This document shows positions 44,633 through 53,683 of a stretch of DNA of 64,000 nt, piece after piece. Numbering within the stretch: the first letter of the stretch is position 1; each line of letters opens with the position of its first letter. The stretch comes from Crocinitomicaceae bacterium. Lineage in GTDB: Bacteria; Bacteroidota; Bacteroidia; Flavobacteriales_D; Sanyastnellaceae. Under the pieces are notes generated by a model. It saw nothing but the letters and a program-made list of their open reading frames with translations, searched no databases and was not told the DNA's origin. A program made the translations under genes and the position numbers. The DNA lies in assembly GCA_002700285.1 (NCBI GenBank), contig PACT01000022.1, positions 120,429 to 184,428 of the forward strand, read 5' to 3'.

Positions 44633-45436
44633 TTACACTTCGTATTTGTGCGGAGCCAGAGCGTTGTTTTTTTCATGAATTAAATCATTGATGGCATCCC
44701 AAAGCGCAATTCTTTTCTCTAATGCCTGCTTGGCCACTTTGAGTGTTTCTTCCCACTTCTGATCGTCATTTCCACAAAGTTCAGACACCATTTTAAGCGA
44801 CAAAGGTCCGTGTTCGTCGCCATCTAATTCAATGTGGCGCTGAAGATAATAGGACAGTTTGTGATGCGCTTTGTTCTCAGCATCAGATTTATTGAGAATC
44901 TCAATGAACATGTCTGGAATCACATCTTCGCGGCCAAATGTAAATGCAGAAGCCACAAGGTGAGGCTTATTCGTGTCAATGATGGAAAATGAAAACTTCA
45001 CGAAATCGGCGACCCTCTGATCGATGTTGACCGCATTCAATGCATCATGAACCGAATTCCCCGCTGCGATGAGTTCTATAAAATTATTAATTTCATGCGT
45101 GTTCGCTTTTGTTTGGGACATGGCATCCAAATACATTTCAAAATGACTTTGAGGTTCTCCTTCTTCGTTAAGGTCACTTTCTTCTCCGTGCACAATTTCA
45201 TTGATGAATCTTGATAAAACAGGATTTTTTGGAGGCGTCCAGATGGCGGTCACGTTCGTCAGATTTATCTGAAGACATTTTAAAAGTGACATGAAATCCC
45301 AAACGGCAAATACGTGGTTCTCCATGAATATTTTCACATCATCAATCCCAGATAAATTTTCATAAAGTTTGTGGTTTTGCAATTGAGCTCTAAATTCAGA
45401 AATCTCACGCTCGATATGTTCGATTCTATTCATCAT
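44633..45436 (-). CDS. DUF3050-family protein (heme-oxygenase-like helical fold)
   Basis: 267 aa. [16 protein letters not shown] and [13 protein letters not shown] match my recollection of DUF3050. Confidence 0.7.
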   Translation of the reverse strand: MMNRIEHIEREISEFRAQLQNHKLYENLSGIDDVKIFMENHVFAVWDFMSLLKCLQINLTNVTAIWTPPKNPVLSRFINEIVHGEESDLNEEGEPQSHFEMYLDAMSQTKANTHEINNFIELIAAGNSVHDALNAVNIDQRVADFVKFSFSIIDTNKPHLVASAFTFGREDVIPDMFIEILNKSDAENKAHHKLSYYLQRHIELDGDEHGPLSLKMVSELCGNDDQKWEETLKVAKQALEKRIALWDAINDLIHEKNNALAPHKYEV

Positions 45437-45481
45437 TTTTAGTTGCTTTACTAGATATTCTGATATTGACTTTGACCATTT

Positions 45482-45895
45482 TTAGTGAATAGAGTCTTCG
45501 TCCAACATCTCCAAATAAATGTCTTCAACATGCTCTCGCGCCCAAGTCATTTTTCTTAAAAACGCGAGACTAGACTTCATTGTAGGGTTGTAAATAAAAC
45601 AGCGAATATTGACACGGTCAGCCAAATATTCCCACCCATAATGATCTACCAGACGCTCTAAAACCTGGACCAGTTTCACACCATGCAACGGATTATTTAG
45701 TTGTTCTTCAGTTGCTTGTTTTCGGTTTTTTCTGGCTGGCGTCTCTTCGTTTAGTTCTTCATTCGTCTTGGCTCTAAACCCACCAACTGAAACCTTGTCG
45801 GATTTATTCCGACTGTCATTGGCCTCGTTTTTGTGACTTGTGTCCATGGTGTGATATCCTTTTTTATTTTCGTTTTGTTTACGAAATAATTCCAA
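45482..45895 (-). CDS. VF530/DUF2132-family putative DNA-binding protein with basic N-terminal extension
   Basis: The C-terminal 70 aa are [60 protein letters not shown]. The start is uncertain; an internal Met lies at 45847. Confidence 0.75.
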   Translation of the reverse strand: MELFRKQNENKKGYHTMDTSHKNEANDSRNKSDKVSVGGFRAKTNEELNEETPARKNRKQATEEQLNNPLHGVKLVQVLERLVDHYGWEYLADRVNIRCFIYNPTMKSSLAFLRKMTWAREHVEDIYLEMLDEDSIH

Positions 45896-46056
45896 GTAAA
45901 GATAGCTTTATAGTCATATTTATACTCATTCTTCGAGTGACTTTTATTTGTAATTTATGTGAATTTAACAGCAGATTTATTTTACCTCGAAACCACATTT
46001 TTAAATTGAACATGAGAACCACAGTTTTTAATCTGAGGACTCACTTCACAAAGCAT

Positions 46057-46087
46057 CTTAAAAAGCCAATAATCTTTTGCTTTTAAG
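46057..46087. promoter_or_regulatory. inverted repeat CTTAAAAAGC-N12-GCTTTTAAG upstream of the His-rich ORF/TBDR operon
   Basis: Read directly; 9 of 10 positions pair. It lies 30-60 nt upstream of the ATG at 46117, in the divergent intergenic region. Confidence 0.3.
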
Positions 46088-46116
46088 ACACTTGCTTATA
46101 GATTTGTCCCCTTAGA

Positions 46117-46482
46117 ATGTTTCAGAACTATAAAAATATAACGGGCCGTTTTTTTATTGCACTTTGGGCAATCACCCAATTCCTTCAATTTGGTCACGAA
46201 GCAACCCACCACATGCAGGCTGACCCTCACGAGGGATGCCATCACTCTCATCACAAAGAAGTCAAAAAGTGTGACAATTCAATAGGCTTTTTCACATCTG
46301 TCGATGACTGTATAATTTGTGATTTCGAATGGTTCAATTCGCATGAAATCCTCGCGCAACCTAGCCTCGAGAAACATCAGATAACATTTCCCCCAATTAA
46401 GATAGGAAATCAATCACAGTCATTGGCTGAGAATTGGATTTCTAGTTCGGTCATTCCTAGGCCTCCCCCAGTGAAGAGTTAA
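46117..46482 (+). CDS. small His/Cys-rich membrane-anchored protein
   Basis: 121 aa with one N-terminal TM (FFIALWAITQFLQF). It continues HEATHHMQADPHEGCHHSHHKEVKKC, then DDCIICDFEW, and ends RPPPVKS. It lies 37 nt upstream of a TonB-dependent receptor. Confidence 0.6.
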   Translation: MFQNYKNITGRFFIALWAITQFLQFGHEATHHMQADPHEGCHHSHHKEVKKCDNSIGFFTSVDDCIICDFEWFNSHEILAQPSLEKHQITFPPIKIGNQSQSLAENWISSSVIPRPPPVKS

Positions 46483-46519
46483 CCCTCACGGTTCAATTCT
46501 TCATTTCCTATTTTTATTC

Positions 46520-48775
46520 ATGATCTACCCCAAATCAGCTTGGATCATGGCTGCATTTATTGTGCTTGTATCAAATACCATACAAGCTCAGTCTTCGGTG
46601 AGCGGCCATGTCTATGATGCTGAGAAAACATCTCCTTTGAGTGATGCCCTTGTTCAGGCATGGCCTTGTGGTGCCATTTTGTCTACGGACTCTTATGGAA
46701 CGTTCAATGTCGAATGTGCCACTGAGCTAGACTCACTCAAGGTGAGTTCTTTTGGGTTCACAACCGTCACCATTGTGCTTGATGGGAATTCTGTCATCGA
46801 TGTTTCACTGACCCCCTTGCACGTTGAGGTCAAACCAATCACCATCACAGGAGAAATTGATCAATCCGTGATTCGCATTGTACCAACGTCAGATTTGATG
46901 CACACTCTAGATAGAACTCCAGGTATAAGGAGTTTAGACCTTGGGGCTGGACTTATCCAGCCTGTTCTGAGAGGTTTAATGGGGTCGCGCATTGCAATCT
47001 TAGATGGAGGCGTTCCAATCGTGGGGGGGCGATGGGGTCAGGACCATGGAGTTTTAGTCGATCCAGACCTTTATGAGGGCATCGAATGGGTCCCTGGCGG
47101 TGGCCATGTGTGGCTTGGCCCGAATGCAGTAGGAGGTGGTGTAAAATTCTCCTCAATTTATTTGCTTGGAGAAAGTGGTTCGAGAACTCAATATGGAACA
47201 AATTATAGGATAGGAGATAACAGATCTAAGGTGTATGTCTTGAGTCGGTTGAGAAATAAAAACATGCAATTTCACGTTGGTTTTTCCGCGTCGATATTTG
47301 GCGATAGAAACGTTCCCCAAAATACATTTGAGTATATCAGCAGAACGTACGAAATAGCCGAAGGCCGACTCCCTAATACCGGAGGGACCGCTTATCATGG
47401 ATTGGCGGGGTTTATATACTCGACAGAGGGGTTAGGACAAATATCATTGGACATCAGGTGGTCGAATATCCAACAAGGCCTTTTCCCAGGAATTGTAGGT
47501 ATACCTTCCCAACGCGACCTTATGGGTGATGGCAATATCTATTCAGTAGATCTGCCGAATCAGCATGCAAGTCGCTGGCTGGTATCAAGTAAATGGATGA
47601 AACAAGGGGACTTTAAAAGAACGTTTCTTTTTTCGCTTTCTGGAAACGAAAGAATAGAAAATGCCCCACCTCATGCGCATGGATATGGACCAAAACCAAA
47701 GACTGATTTGAGTCTATCTCTTCATGAATATCACTTATTTGCTGAGAGCAAATGGGAGGGCGACCGTGGTGCGTTTGGCTTTCAAGCAGAACTTCTACGT
47801 GGGAAGACTGATGGGTGGGAATTTTTACTCCCCAACCATTACCGCGACCGAGTGTCAGCAGTTGCAGATTACACATTTAATTCGGGGTCTTTCGGAGCGC
47901 GAATGGATATGATCAGCACAGGCAATGAAAGCTATTCGGAACCGCTTTACGCCATCAATAATGAAGTTATAGGCGAAGACATCAGAGCCACCGCACTTAA
48001 CAATGTAACGCCAAGTTGGGCATTCAGTTGGTTCCAGCCAATTGATCTAGAAAAGATTAAAATGTCTTTTACTGCTTCAGCATACACTAGAGTACCAAGC
48101 AATTACGCTCTAGCAGCAAATGGAATTCATCATGGAACTTTCAGATTTGAGCAAGGAAATCCAAACCTCAAACCTGAGACTGCATTTGAGGTGCGAGCGT
48201 CAGGAAGCTCATCCTCTGAAAAGTTTAACATTGATATCCAATCATTTGCTTCACTACACAAAGGATTCATCCACATCACGCCTACTGCAAGCTTTGCGCC
48301 AATCGCCCATTCAGGACAAATATATTCCTTCAAGGCGACGGATGCATTTAGAACCGGTTTGGAGGTAAAGATGAATCTACAAATCGGTCGGGGTAAACTT
48401 GCGACCACGTCTTCGGTTTTGGGCCAATGGGCTCTAGAAACCGGACTTGGCCTGCCTTTTACTTCGCCCGTTGACATCATAAACTCTTACGCCCATCCAA
48501 TAGCCGACAAGCTGTCAATCACTTTGAGTCACAGAGCAATTGCTCCATCGTATTTAGTTGCGAGAAACGAGGACTTTACAAATGGCACTTCTCTATTCGG
48601 TATGGGACTAACATTGAAGATGAATAAAAGCGTGCTTCGCTTAGAAGCAGACAACCTTTTCAACAAGAATTGGCTTGATCACATAAGCGCCTACCGAACC
48701 TTGGGATTAGTAGCTCAAGGCCGGTGGGTGTCATTCTCATGGTCATACGACCTAAATTTATTTAATAAAAACTAA
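46520..48775 (+). CDS. TonB-dependent receptor with carboxypeptidase-regulatory-like N-domain
   Basis: Signal peptide ending IQAQ. The N-domain is CarbopepD_reg-like (SVSGHVYDAEKTSPLSDALV). The plug reads LRGLMGSRIAILDGGVP, and a beta-barrel follows. 751 aa. Confidence 0.8.
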   Translation: MIYPKSAWIMAAFIVLVSNTIQAQSSVSGHVYDAEKTSPLSDALVQAWPCGAILSTDSYGTFNVECATELDSLKVSSFGFTTVTIVLDGNSVIDVSLTPLHVEVKPITITGEIDQSVIRIVPTSDLMHTLDRTPGIRSLDLGAGLIQPVLRGLMGSRIAILDGGVPIVGGRWGQDHGVLVDPDLYEGIEWVPGGGHVWLGPNAVGGGVKFSSIYLLGESGSRTQYGTNYRIGDNRSKVYVLSRLRNKNMQFHVGFSASIFGDRNVPQNTFEYISRTYEIAEGRLPNTGGTAYHGLAGFIYSTEGLGQISLDIRWSNIQQGLFPGIVGIPSQRDLMGDGNIYSVDLPNQHASRWLVSSKWMKQGDFKRTFLFSLSGNERIENAPPHAHGYGPKPKTDLSLSLHEYHLFAESKWEGDRGAFGFQAELLRGKTDGWEFLLPNHYRDRVSAVADYTFNSGSFGARMDMISTGNESYSEPLYAINNEVIGEDIRATALNNVTPSWAFSWFQPIDLEKIKMSFTASAYTRVPSNYALAANGIHHGTFRFEQGNPNLKPETAFEVRASGSSSSEKFNIDIQSFASLHKGFIHITPTASFAPIAHSGQIYSFKATDAFRTGLEVKMNLQIGRGKLATTSSVLGQWALETGLGLPFTSPVDIINSYAHPIADKLSITLSHRAIAPSYLVARNEDFTNGTSLFGMGLTLKMNKSVLRLEADNLFNKNWLDHISAYRTLGLVAQGRWVSFSWSYDLNLFNKN

Positions 48776-48776
48776 A

Positions 48777-49562
48777 ATGAAAAATCTAACAATTTTATTT
48801 GCCACAGCGGCAATGATAACGCTATTCTCATGTGGGACTTCAGATATAGACCCACCGACAATATGCACTGAAAACGTTGAAAATGGCATCAGTACCCTTG
48901 ACGAAGTTGATGCGGATGCTGGCACAACAGTTACCCTTCTTGAATCTTTTTGTGATGATGAAGGTTTGGGTGAATTAAGATGGGATATTCACTCTGCTGA
49001 GGGACATTCTCATGAGGGAGAAGAAGAAGAAGGATTTGTACTTCACTCAGGAACCGATTGGTCAGTCCTTGAAATTCAGGACTTATCAGGATCCAATGCT
49101 GAGGGACAAATTTCTTTTGACATTCCCAATACTGCAAGAGGTGTCTGGGATGTTGTGGTGTCGTTTTCAGATGCAGAAGGAAACGCTGCAACAGATATGG
49201 TGACGCCTTTGCATGTAGAAAATGATTTCATCCCCTTATTCACATTGACAGATGTCAATGGGGTAGATCCTGCGACATGGACAGATGAACAAGTCTGGAG
49301 TGCGGGTTCAACGGTCACTTTAACTGGAACAGTTGAAGATTCTGATGGAATAGCTGATGCAGAAATTCTTTTAATAAGAGAGTCTGATGAAACTGAAATA
49401 TGGTCAACAGAAATTGCAGTTTCTAGTGAGACGTCCATTGATTTTTCTATTGAAATGATGGTCCCTTCAGATGCAATTTCAGGAGAATACCATTTAGAAA
49501 TGGAGGCTGAAGATGGTGCCGGAAATGCGATGCATACGGGATTCCATTTGGAAGTAGAATAA
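48777..49562 (+). CDS. DUF4625-like lipoprotein (two repeats), acidic and His-containing
   Basis: Lipobox LFSC. The motif WDIHSAEGHSHEGEEEEG is followed by a second Ig-like repeat ending GEYHLEMEAEDGAGN. It starts 1 nt after the TBDR stop. Confidence 0.6.
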   Translation: MKNLTILFATAAMITLFSCGTSDIDPPTICTENVENGISTLDEVDADAGTTVTLLESFCDDEGLGELRWDIHSAEGHSHEGEEEEGFVLHSGTDWSVLEIQDLSGSNAEGQISFDIPNTARGVWDVVVSFSDAEGNAATDMVTPLHVENDFIPLFTLTDVNGVDPATWTDEQVWSAGSTVTLTGTVEDSDGIADAEILLIRESDETEIWSTEIAVSSETSIDFSIEMMVPSDAISGEYHLEMEAEDGAGNAMHTGFHLEVE

Positions 49563-49587
49563 CACAAATTTGATGAGTTTTCTTAAT

Positions 49588-49617
49588 AAGGCCCGTGTAT
49601 ACGGGCCTTATTTTTTT
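49588..49617 (+). terminator. rho-independent terminator
   Basis: aaggcccgt-gtat-acgggcctt is a perfect 9-bp GC-rich stem. It is followed by a, then seven T, and sits 26 nt after the stop at 49562. Confidence 0.85.
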
Positions 49618-49734
49618 GCCCATAAGTCAACGCTGAAGCGCTATGACCTGTTGATTCCTCAAGACCTGTTTTCAGGTTTTCCCCAACCACAACCTGGGTC
49701 ATAGATCAATATCTTTAACGATGCTGTGTTCACC

Positions 49735-50523
49735 TTATTCTGTCCACAAACTTCCTATTGAATAGGTTTTTGCTTTCCCACTTATGATAACGCGGTTTTT
49801 TTTATTTTCACATAGCAATGTTCCAAACCGATTGGAAATTTGTGTTGCATGTAAGGTATTTTTTCCAAGTCTTAATGACCAAAAAGGGACCAGTGAACAA
49901 TGTGCAGAACCTGTTACTGGATCTTCTAAAATCGATGCTTGTGGTGTAAAAAATCGCGATACAAAGTCACAGTTTTCACCTTTTGATGTGACAATTACGC
50001 CTCCTGGGTCAAGATTTATTTGATCAAATAGTTGTCGGTTCATCTTGAGATTTTTAATGTCTTGCGCTTGTGTGTATACCAATACATAGTCTCTCGATTT
50101 ATAAACTTCTGTCGGTTGTATGCTCAATGCGGATTTAATTTTATCAGGCAATTCTGCCCGCACAGGCATACGTGAAGGAAGGTCCAAAGCGTATAAATCG
50201 CCTTTTACACACACAGTCAAATCACCACTCAATGTTTCAAAACATATTCTGTCTTTGGGATATTTTAAAATGGATTTCAGACAATGAGCAGTTGCAAGCG
50301 TTGCGTGTCCACACAAGTCCATTTCAATTTCTGGTGTAAACCATCGCAATTGTATTTTATCGCCTTTGTCCACAAAAAACGCCGTTTCTGCAACAGCATT
50401 TTCTTTTGTTATTTTTAAAAGGAGCGCATCAGGCAACCAGTCGTTTAATGGAATAACACAGGCTGGATTTCCACCAAAGACCTTATCAGTAAACGCATCT
50501 ATTTGATATAGATCCAGTTTCAT
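49735..50523 (-). CDS. PhzF-family isomerase-like protein
   Basis: 262 aa: YQIDAFTDKVFGGNPACV...ETAFF...CGHATLA...TGSAHC, the PhzF fold signature. Confidence 0.85.
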   Translation of the reverse strand: MKLDLYQIDAFTDKVFGGNPACVIPLNDWLPDALLLKITKENAVAETAFFVDKGDKIQLRWFTPEIEMDLCGHATLATAHCLKSILKYPKDRICFETLSGDLTVCVKGDLYALDLPSRMPVRAELPDKIKSALSIQPTEVYKSRDYVLVYTQAQDIKNLKMNRQLFDQINLDPGGVIVTSKGENCDFVSRFFTPQASILEDPVTGSAHCSLVPFWSLRLGKNTLHATQISNRFGTLLCENKKNRVIISGKAKTYSIGSLWTE

Positions 50524-50978
50524 TTTTCTTTGGTGAATGTTATATACTTCAAATCACAATCTTTAATGTGGTGGAATTGGTTCATGGCATTTCCGTAGTT
50601 CTGTATAGGAAATTCATCATCATTGACTTGTGCTTCTATGGTATAGCTTTCAGATTCAGAACTCAAGTTTGTAAAGCGAAAATAGACACCGTTGTGAACG
50701 GTATCAATTTTGAGATTTCCTGAGCTTTTTAAAGTTTTGGTCGTTATTCGGTATGTGTACATAAGCTCACTCTTCTCTATTGAAATTTTAATATCACAGG
50801 CTTCATCTTGCGACATATAGATTCCGAGATATTTATCTGTTTCATTGCGCTCGAGCTTGTCACTTTTCTTTTTAAAGTGAGTTACAATCAATTCCCTGTT
50901 AGTGTCTTGATGATCCTTTGGATGGTCATCACAAGCCACCAAACCAATAATTACGAAAATGGGGATAATGTGTTTCAT
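50520..50978 (-). CDS. hypothetical lipoprotein (152 aa)
   Basis: Lipobox GLVAC. I recognise no family. An ATGA overlap links it to the phzF start. Confidence 0.6.
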   Translation of the reverse strand: MKHIIPIFVIIGLVACDDHPKDHQDTNRELIVTHFKKKSDKLERNETDKYLGIYMSQDEACDIKISIEKSELMYTYRITTKTLKSSGNLKIDTVHNGVYFRFTNLSSESESYTIEAQVNDDEFPIQNYGNAMNQFHHIKDCDLKYITFTKEK

Positions 50979-51075
50979 TTTTCATATGCGTTCTAATTAC
51001 GTCTAGCATTCCATCTATGGGGTCTATGTATCCCGAAGGTTTCTGCGCACGACACACATGTTAATACTTAGATTT

Positions 51076-51840
51076 TTATTTTAAATGTTTCAAATCAGCG
51101 GGTTGATATAAAATCACCTTGTCATTTTGAGTGACTTCCAAATTGAAAGGAGGGGTTTCGTCAGTTCCCAGAATATTTACGTAAATCGTATAGCGATACT
51201 CTCCATTTGTAAATGTGAAATAGTGATTTCCTCCGCTTCCGTCTGGAGTCCATTCTCCATTGTTAAGGACTAAATCAGGTTTGTTTGATATATTAGAGTC
51301 TTTTGACCAAGATGCATATCGATATTTTTGGTTTTCTAAAAGATCAATTCGTACAATGAACTTATCCGTCTCAACAGTATGTATAGGTTTTTTAAATTCC
51401 TTCAGTTCGGCATAGAGCAAACTTTTCTCGTCCTCAATCCATTTTTCTTTAAGAGCCTTTTCTTTGTCAGAAGTATGGTTGGTCGTTATAAATCGGCCAT
51501 CGTAATCTAACCACACAATACCATCTTTAAGCATAATTCCTCTCCATCCAACATCAGACCAATCTTCTTTAATGTTAGAGTTTGCAACCAATGTAGTTAA
51601 ACGATCATCAAATATTTCTGAATAGCGATTCTTTAGTTCTTGTTTATTGCTTATTGGAGGTATTGGATAAGGTCGTTGAATGGGGTAGGATAAGATTGAA
51701 TCAAGCTTATCAATATCAGTGTTCTTTATACAGTCCACAAAGTACTGCACCACATCTTCATATTCGGTTTTCGATAACTGCGAGTACCCTTCAGTCAGGC
51801 TGAAAATTAAAAACAGAACGGTTAATATTATTTTAGTCAT
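51076..51840 (-). CDS. hypothetical secreted protein (254 aa)
   Basis: Signal peptide MTKIILTVLFLIFSLTEGYSQ. I recognise no family. The gene is AT-rich. Confidence 0.6.
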   Translation of the reverse strand: MTKIILTVLFLIFSLTEGYSQLSKTEYEDVVQYFVDCIKNTDIDKLDSILSYPIQRPYPIPPISNKQELKNRYSEIFDDRLTTLVANSNIKEDWSDVGWRGIMLKDGIVWLDYDGRFITTNHTSDKEKALKEKWIEDEKSLLYAELKEFKKPIHTVETDKFIVRIDLLENQKYRYASWSKDSNISNKPDLVLNNGEWTPDGSGGNHYFTFTNGEYRYTIYVNILGTDETPPFNLEVTQNDKVILYQPADLKHLK

Positions 51841-51903
51841 TTTCTTAATGTATGCGAACGGCTAGGCTAAACGCAGGTGACGCGTATAGCGACAATTGAC
51901 GTT

Positions 51904-52641
51904 TTAGTCTTTGTTAGTGGCTGTATTTTTTTTCATTATTTCAAATCTATCGAACGTTAAAAGCAAGCTGCTTTTTTCCAAAATGTATAAAAAAACAATA
52001 TAGTATATGAACACTTCTTCAAACTCTGAAACATTTGAATTTAAAGAGTTAATGTCATTGTTTTTTAAAAATTCATCTATATAAAGCGCTGCTCTATTTA
52101 TAAAAGTCATCGACATTATTGTATAAATGAAATAGTGTTGTGGTACAATGTAATTTAAATATTTATTGCGATAATTTAACCTTTTCAAGACAATAGGAAT
52201 AACAACGATTAATCCCAATGATATATAAGCAAGTAATTTTATGTAATGTAACAAGTTGCCCTGATTGTGAATATTCCTAATTGAATTTTTATGTGAAAAT
52301 TCAATTGAGATTTGTTCATTTGATTTTCCTATGAAATAATCATAGTAATGAAGTCCATAGTCGATCTCTTCCAGGAAAATCAAAATTGAACCGACGAGTA
52401 TTAGAGCGAAAACAAGTTTAATTGATTTTGTTTTTGCCTTTGTCAATTTTTTAAAAGAAACAAAAATTATAGCAAGTATAATTATGAGCTGAATGTTTTC
52501 AATAAGACCAAATTCTCTGTTGTATTCTGGTGCAATAAGATGCGACATACCTAAAGTGTCAAAAAAATAGATATACATACATATCCCAACAACGAAACTC
52601 GGGGAAATCCAATGTATAATATGTTCTTTTAAGCTATTCAT
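51904..52641 (-). CDS. hypothetical polytopic membrane protein (245 aa)
   Basis: About 6 hydrophobic segments. I recognise no family. The gene is very AT-rich. Confidence 0.55.
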   Translation of the reverse strand: MNSLKEHIIHWISPSFVVGICMYIYFFDTLGMSHLIAPEYNREFGLIENIQLIIILAIIFVSFKKLTKAKTKSIKLVFALILVGSILIFLEEIDYGLHYYDYFIGKSNEQISIEFSHKNSIRNIHNQGNLLHYIKLLAYISLGLIVVIPIVLKRLNYRNKYLNYIVPQHYFIYTIMSMTFINRAALYIDEFLKNNDINSLNSNVSEFEEVFIYYIVFLYILEKSSLLLTFDRFEIMKKNTATNKD

Positions 52642-52708
52642 ACATAGTTAAAATTTATGCATCGTTTATTCTTTAATTGCCACTAACGTTTTGTGCAAGA
52701 TTAGTTGC

Positions 52709-52767
52709 GTGATTTAAGCACTAAATTTTGCAAATAAATCACAGATAGAAAGTCCGCGAGGGCTTTC
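52709..52767 (-). terminator. two tandem hairpins in the spacer between the two membrane-protein genes
   Basis: gaaagtcc-gcga-gggctttc spans 52748-52767 (7 of 8 bp). gtgattta-N18-taaatcac spans 52709-52742 (8 bp). No strong U-run follows, so the function is uncertain. Confidence 0.3.
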
Positions 52768-52795
52768 GTAAGTATGCTATAACTAGCAATTAATT

Positions 52796-53683
52796 TTATA
52801 CGGTGTTAGGCAAAGTATTTTTTTCATATTTATTATGGATTATTAGTATTGCTAATCCAAACAGGACAGCTACTACAATTAAAATTGTACTAATTAATCC
52901 GCTTACTCCGAATGACATACGAATTAAAATCGTTGAAACTACAAATCCGGAATTTCTAATTATTTTGTGAAATTTATCTGTGTAAAAGAAGGAAATTAAC
53001 AGAAGAACGACATCCACTAGTATTAGTACGGTAAAAAATTCATCAAAGAACAAATTATTAATTGTTTCAAAACTAGGTAGGTCATTAGAAATAAGAAAAA
53101 CATCTGAAGTCCAATTCAAAAGTGTAATTAGAGCCATCATAAAAAAAATCGGAACCAGAGTAACGGCAATTATTTTCTTTCTACGTATAAATCCTTCAAT
53201 TTTTTGTTTATTTTCTTTTTGTTGCGTTAATTTTTGCATTCCTTGTTTTTGAAACTGAAAAATCAGATAGAAAAGAATAACTGATGCCAAGATATCATAG
53301 GTGAATTGCAGATCTCCTTTTATTTGAAACCAATCTGATGACAGTTCAAGAGCAGATAAATCTTTAAATAATTTTCGGATAATTATAAGTGTTATAATTT
53401 CATACTGTTTAGTTATGTAGGTGGTAAATGACTTTGGTAAATAATAGATTAATAAGTAAACTTCATAAACAAGTATAAATGAGAATGGGGTGTAAATTGC
53501 CGATATCGGATTTTTAAGTAAATCCGATTCTAAAGATAAATTTACTATACCGAATTTTGACAAGTAAATTAAAATTAAGTGGATGAAAAAGCCAAATAAC
53601 GCAACATAGAGTATTGTTTTTTCAATCCGCCTTTTGGCGTACTCAGATAGAAAAATTTTGTAAAGTTTATTTAATAAGTTCAT
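52796..53683 (-). CDS. hypothetical polytopic membrane protein (295 aa)
   Basis: About 6-7 hydrophobic segments, with a Lys/Gln-rich loop QKQGMQKLTQQKENKQKIEGFIRRKK. I recognise no family. The gene is very AT-rich. Confidence 0.55.
   Translation of the reverse strand: MNLLNKLYKIFLSEYAKRRIEKTILYVALFGFFIHLILIYLSKFGIVNLSLESDLLKNPISAIYTPFSFILVYEVYLLIYYLPKSFTTYITKQYEIITLIIIRKLFKDLSALELSSDWFQIKGDLQFTYDILASVILFYLIFQFQKQGMQKLTQQKENKQKIEGFIRRKKIIAVTLVPIFFMMALITLLNWTSDVFLISNDLPSFETINNLFFDEFFTVLILVDVVLLLISFFYTDKFHKIIRNSGFVVSTILIRMSFGVSGLISTILIVVAVLFGLAILIIHNKYEKNTLPNTV

Noticed and set aside
45896-46116. A possible cobalamin or other riboswitch upstream of the TonB-dependent receptor operon, and the 82-aa plus-strand ORF at 45838-46086.
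   Set aside because: I could see no conserved riboswitch core (for example a B12-box-like GCCACTG) or multi-stem structure. The ORF lies in an AT-rich divergent promoter region and overlaps the DUF2132 gene start.
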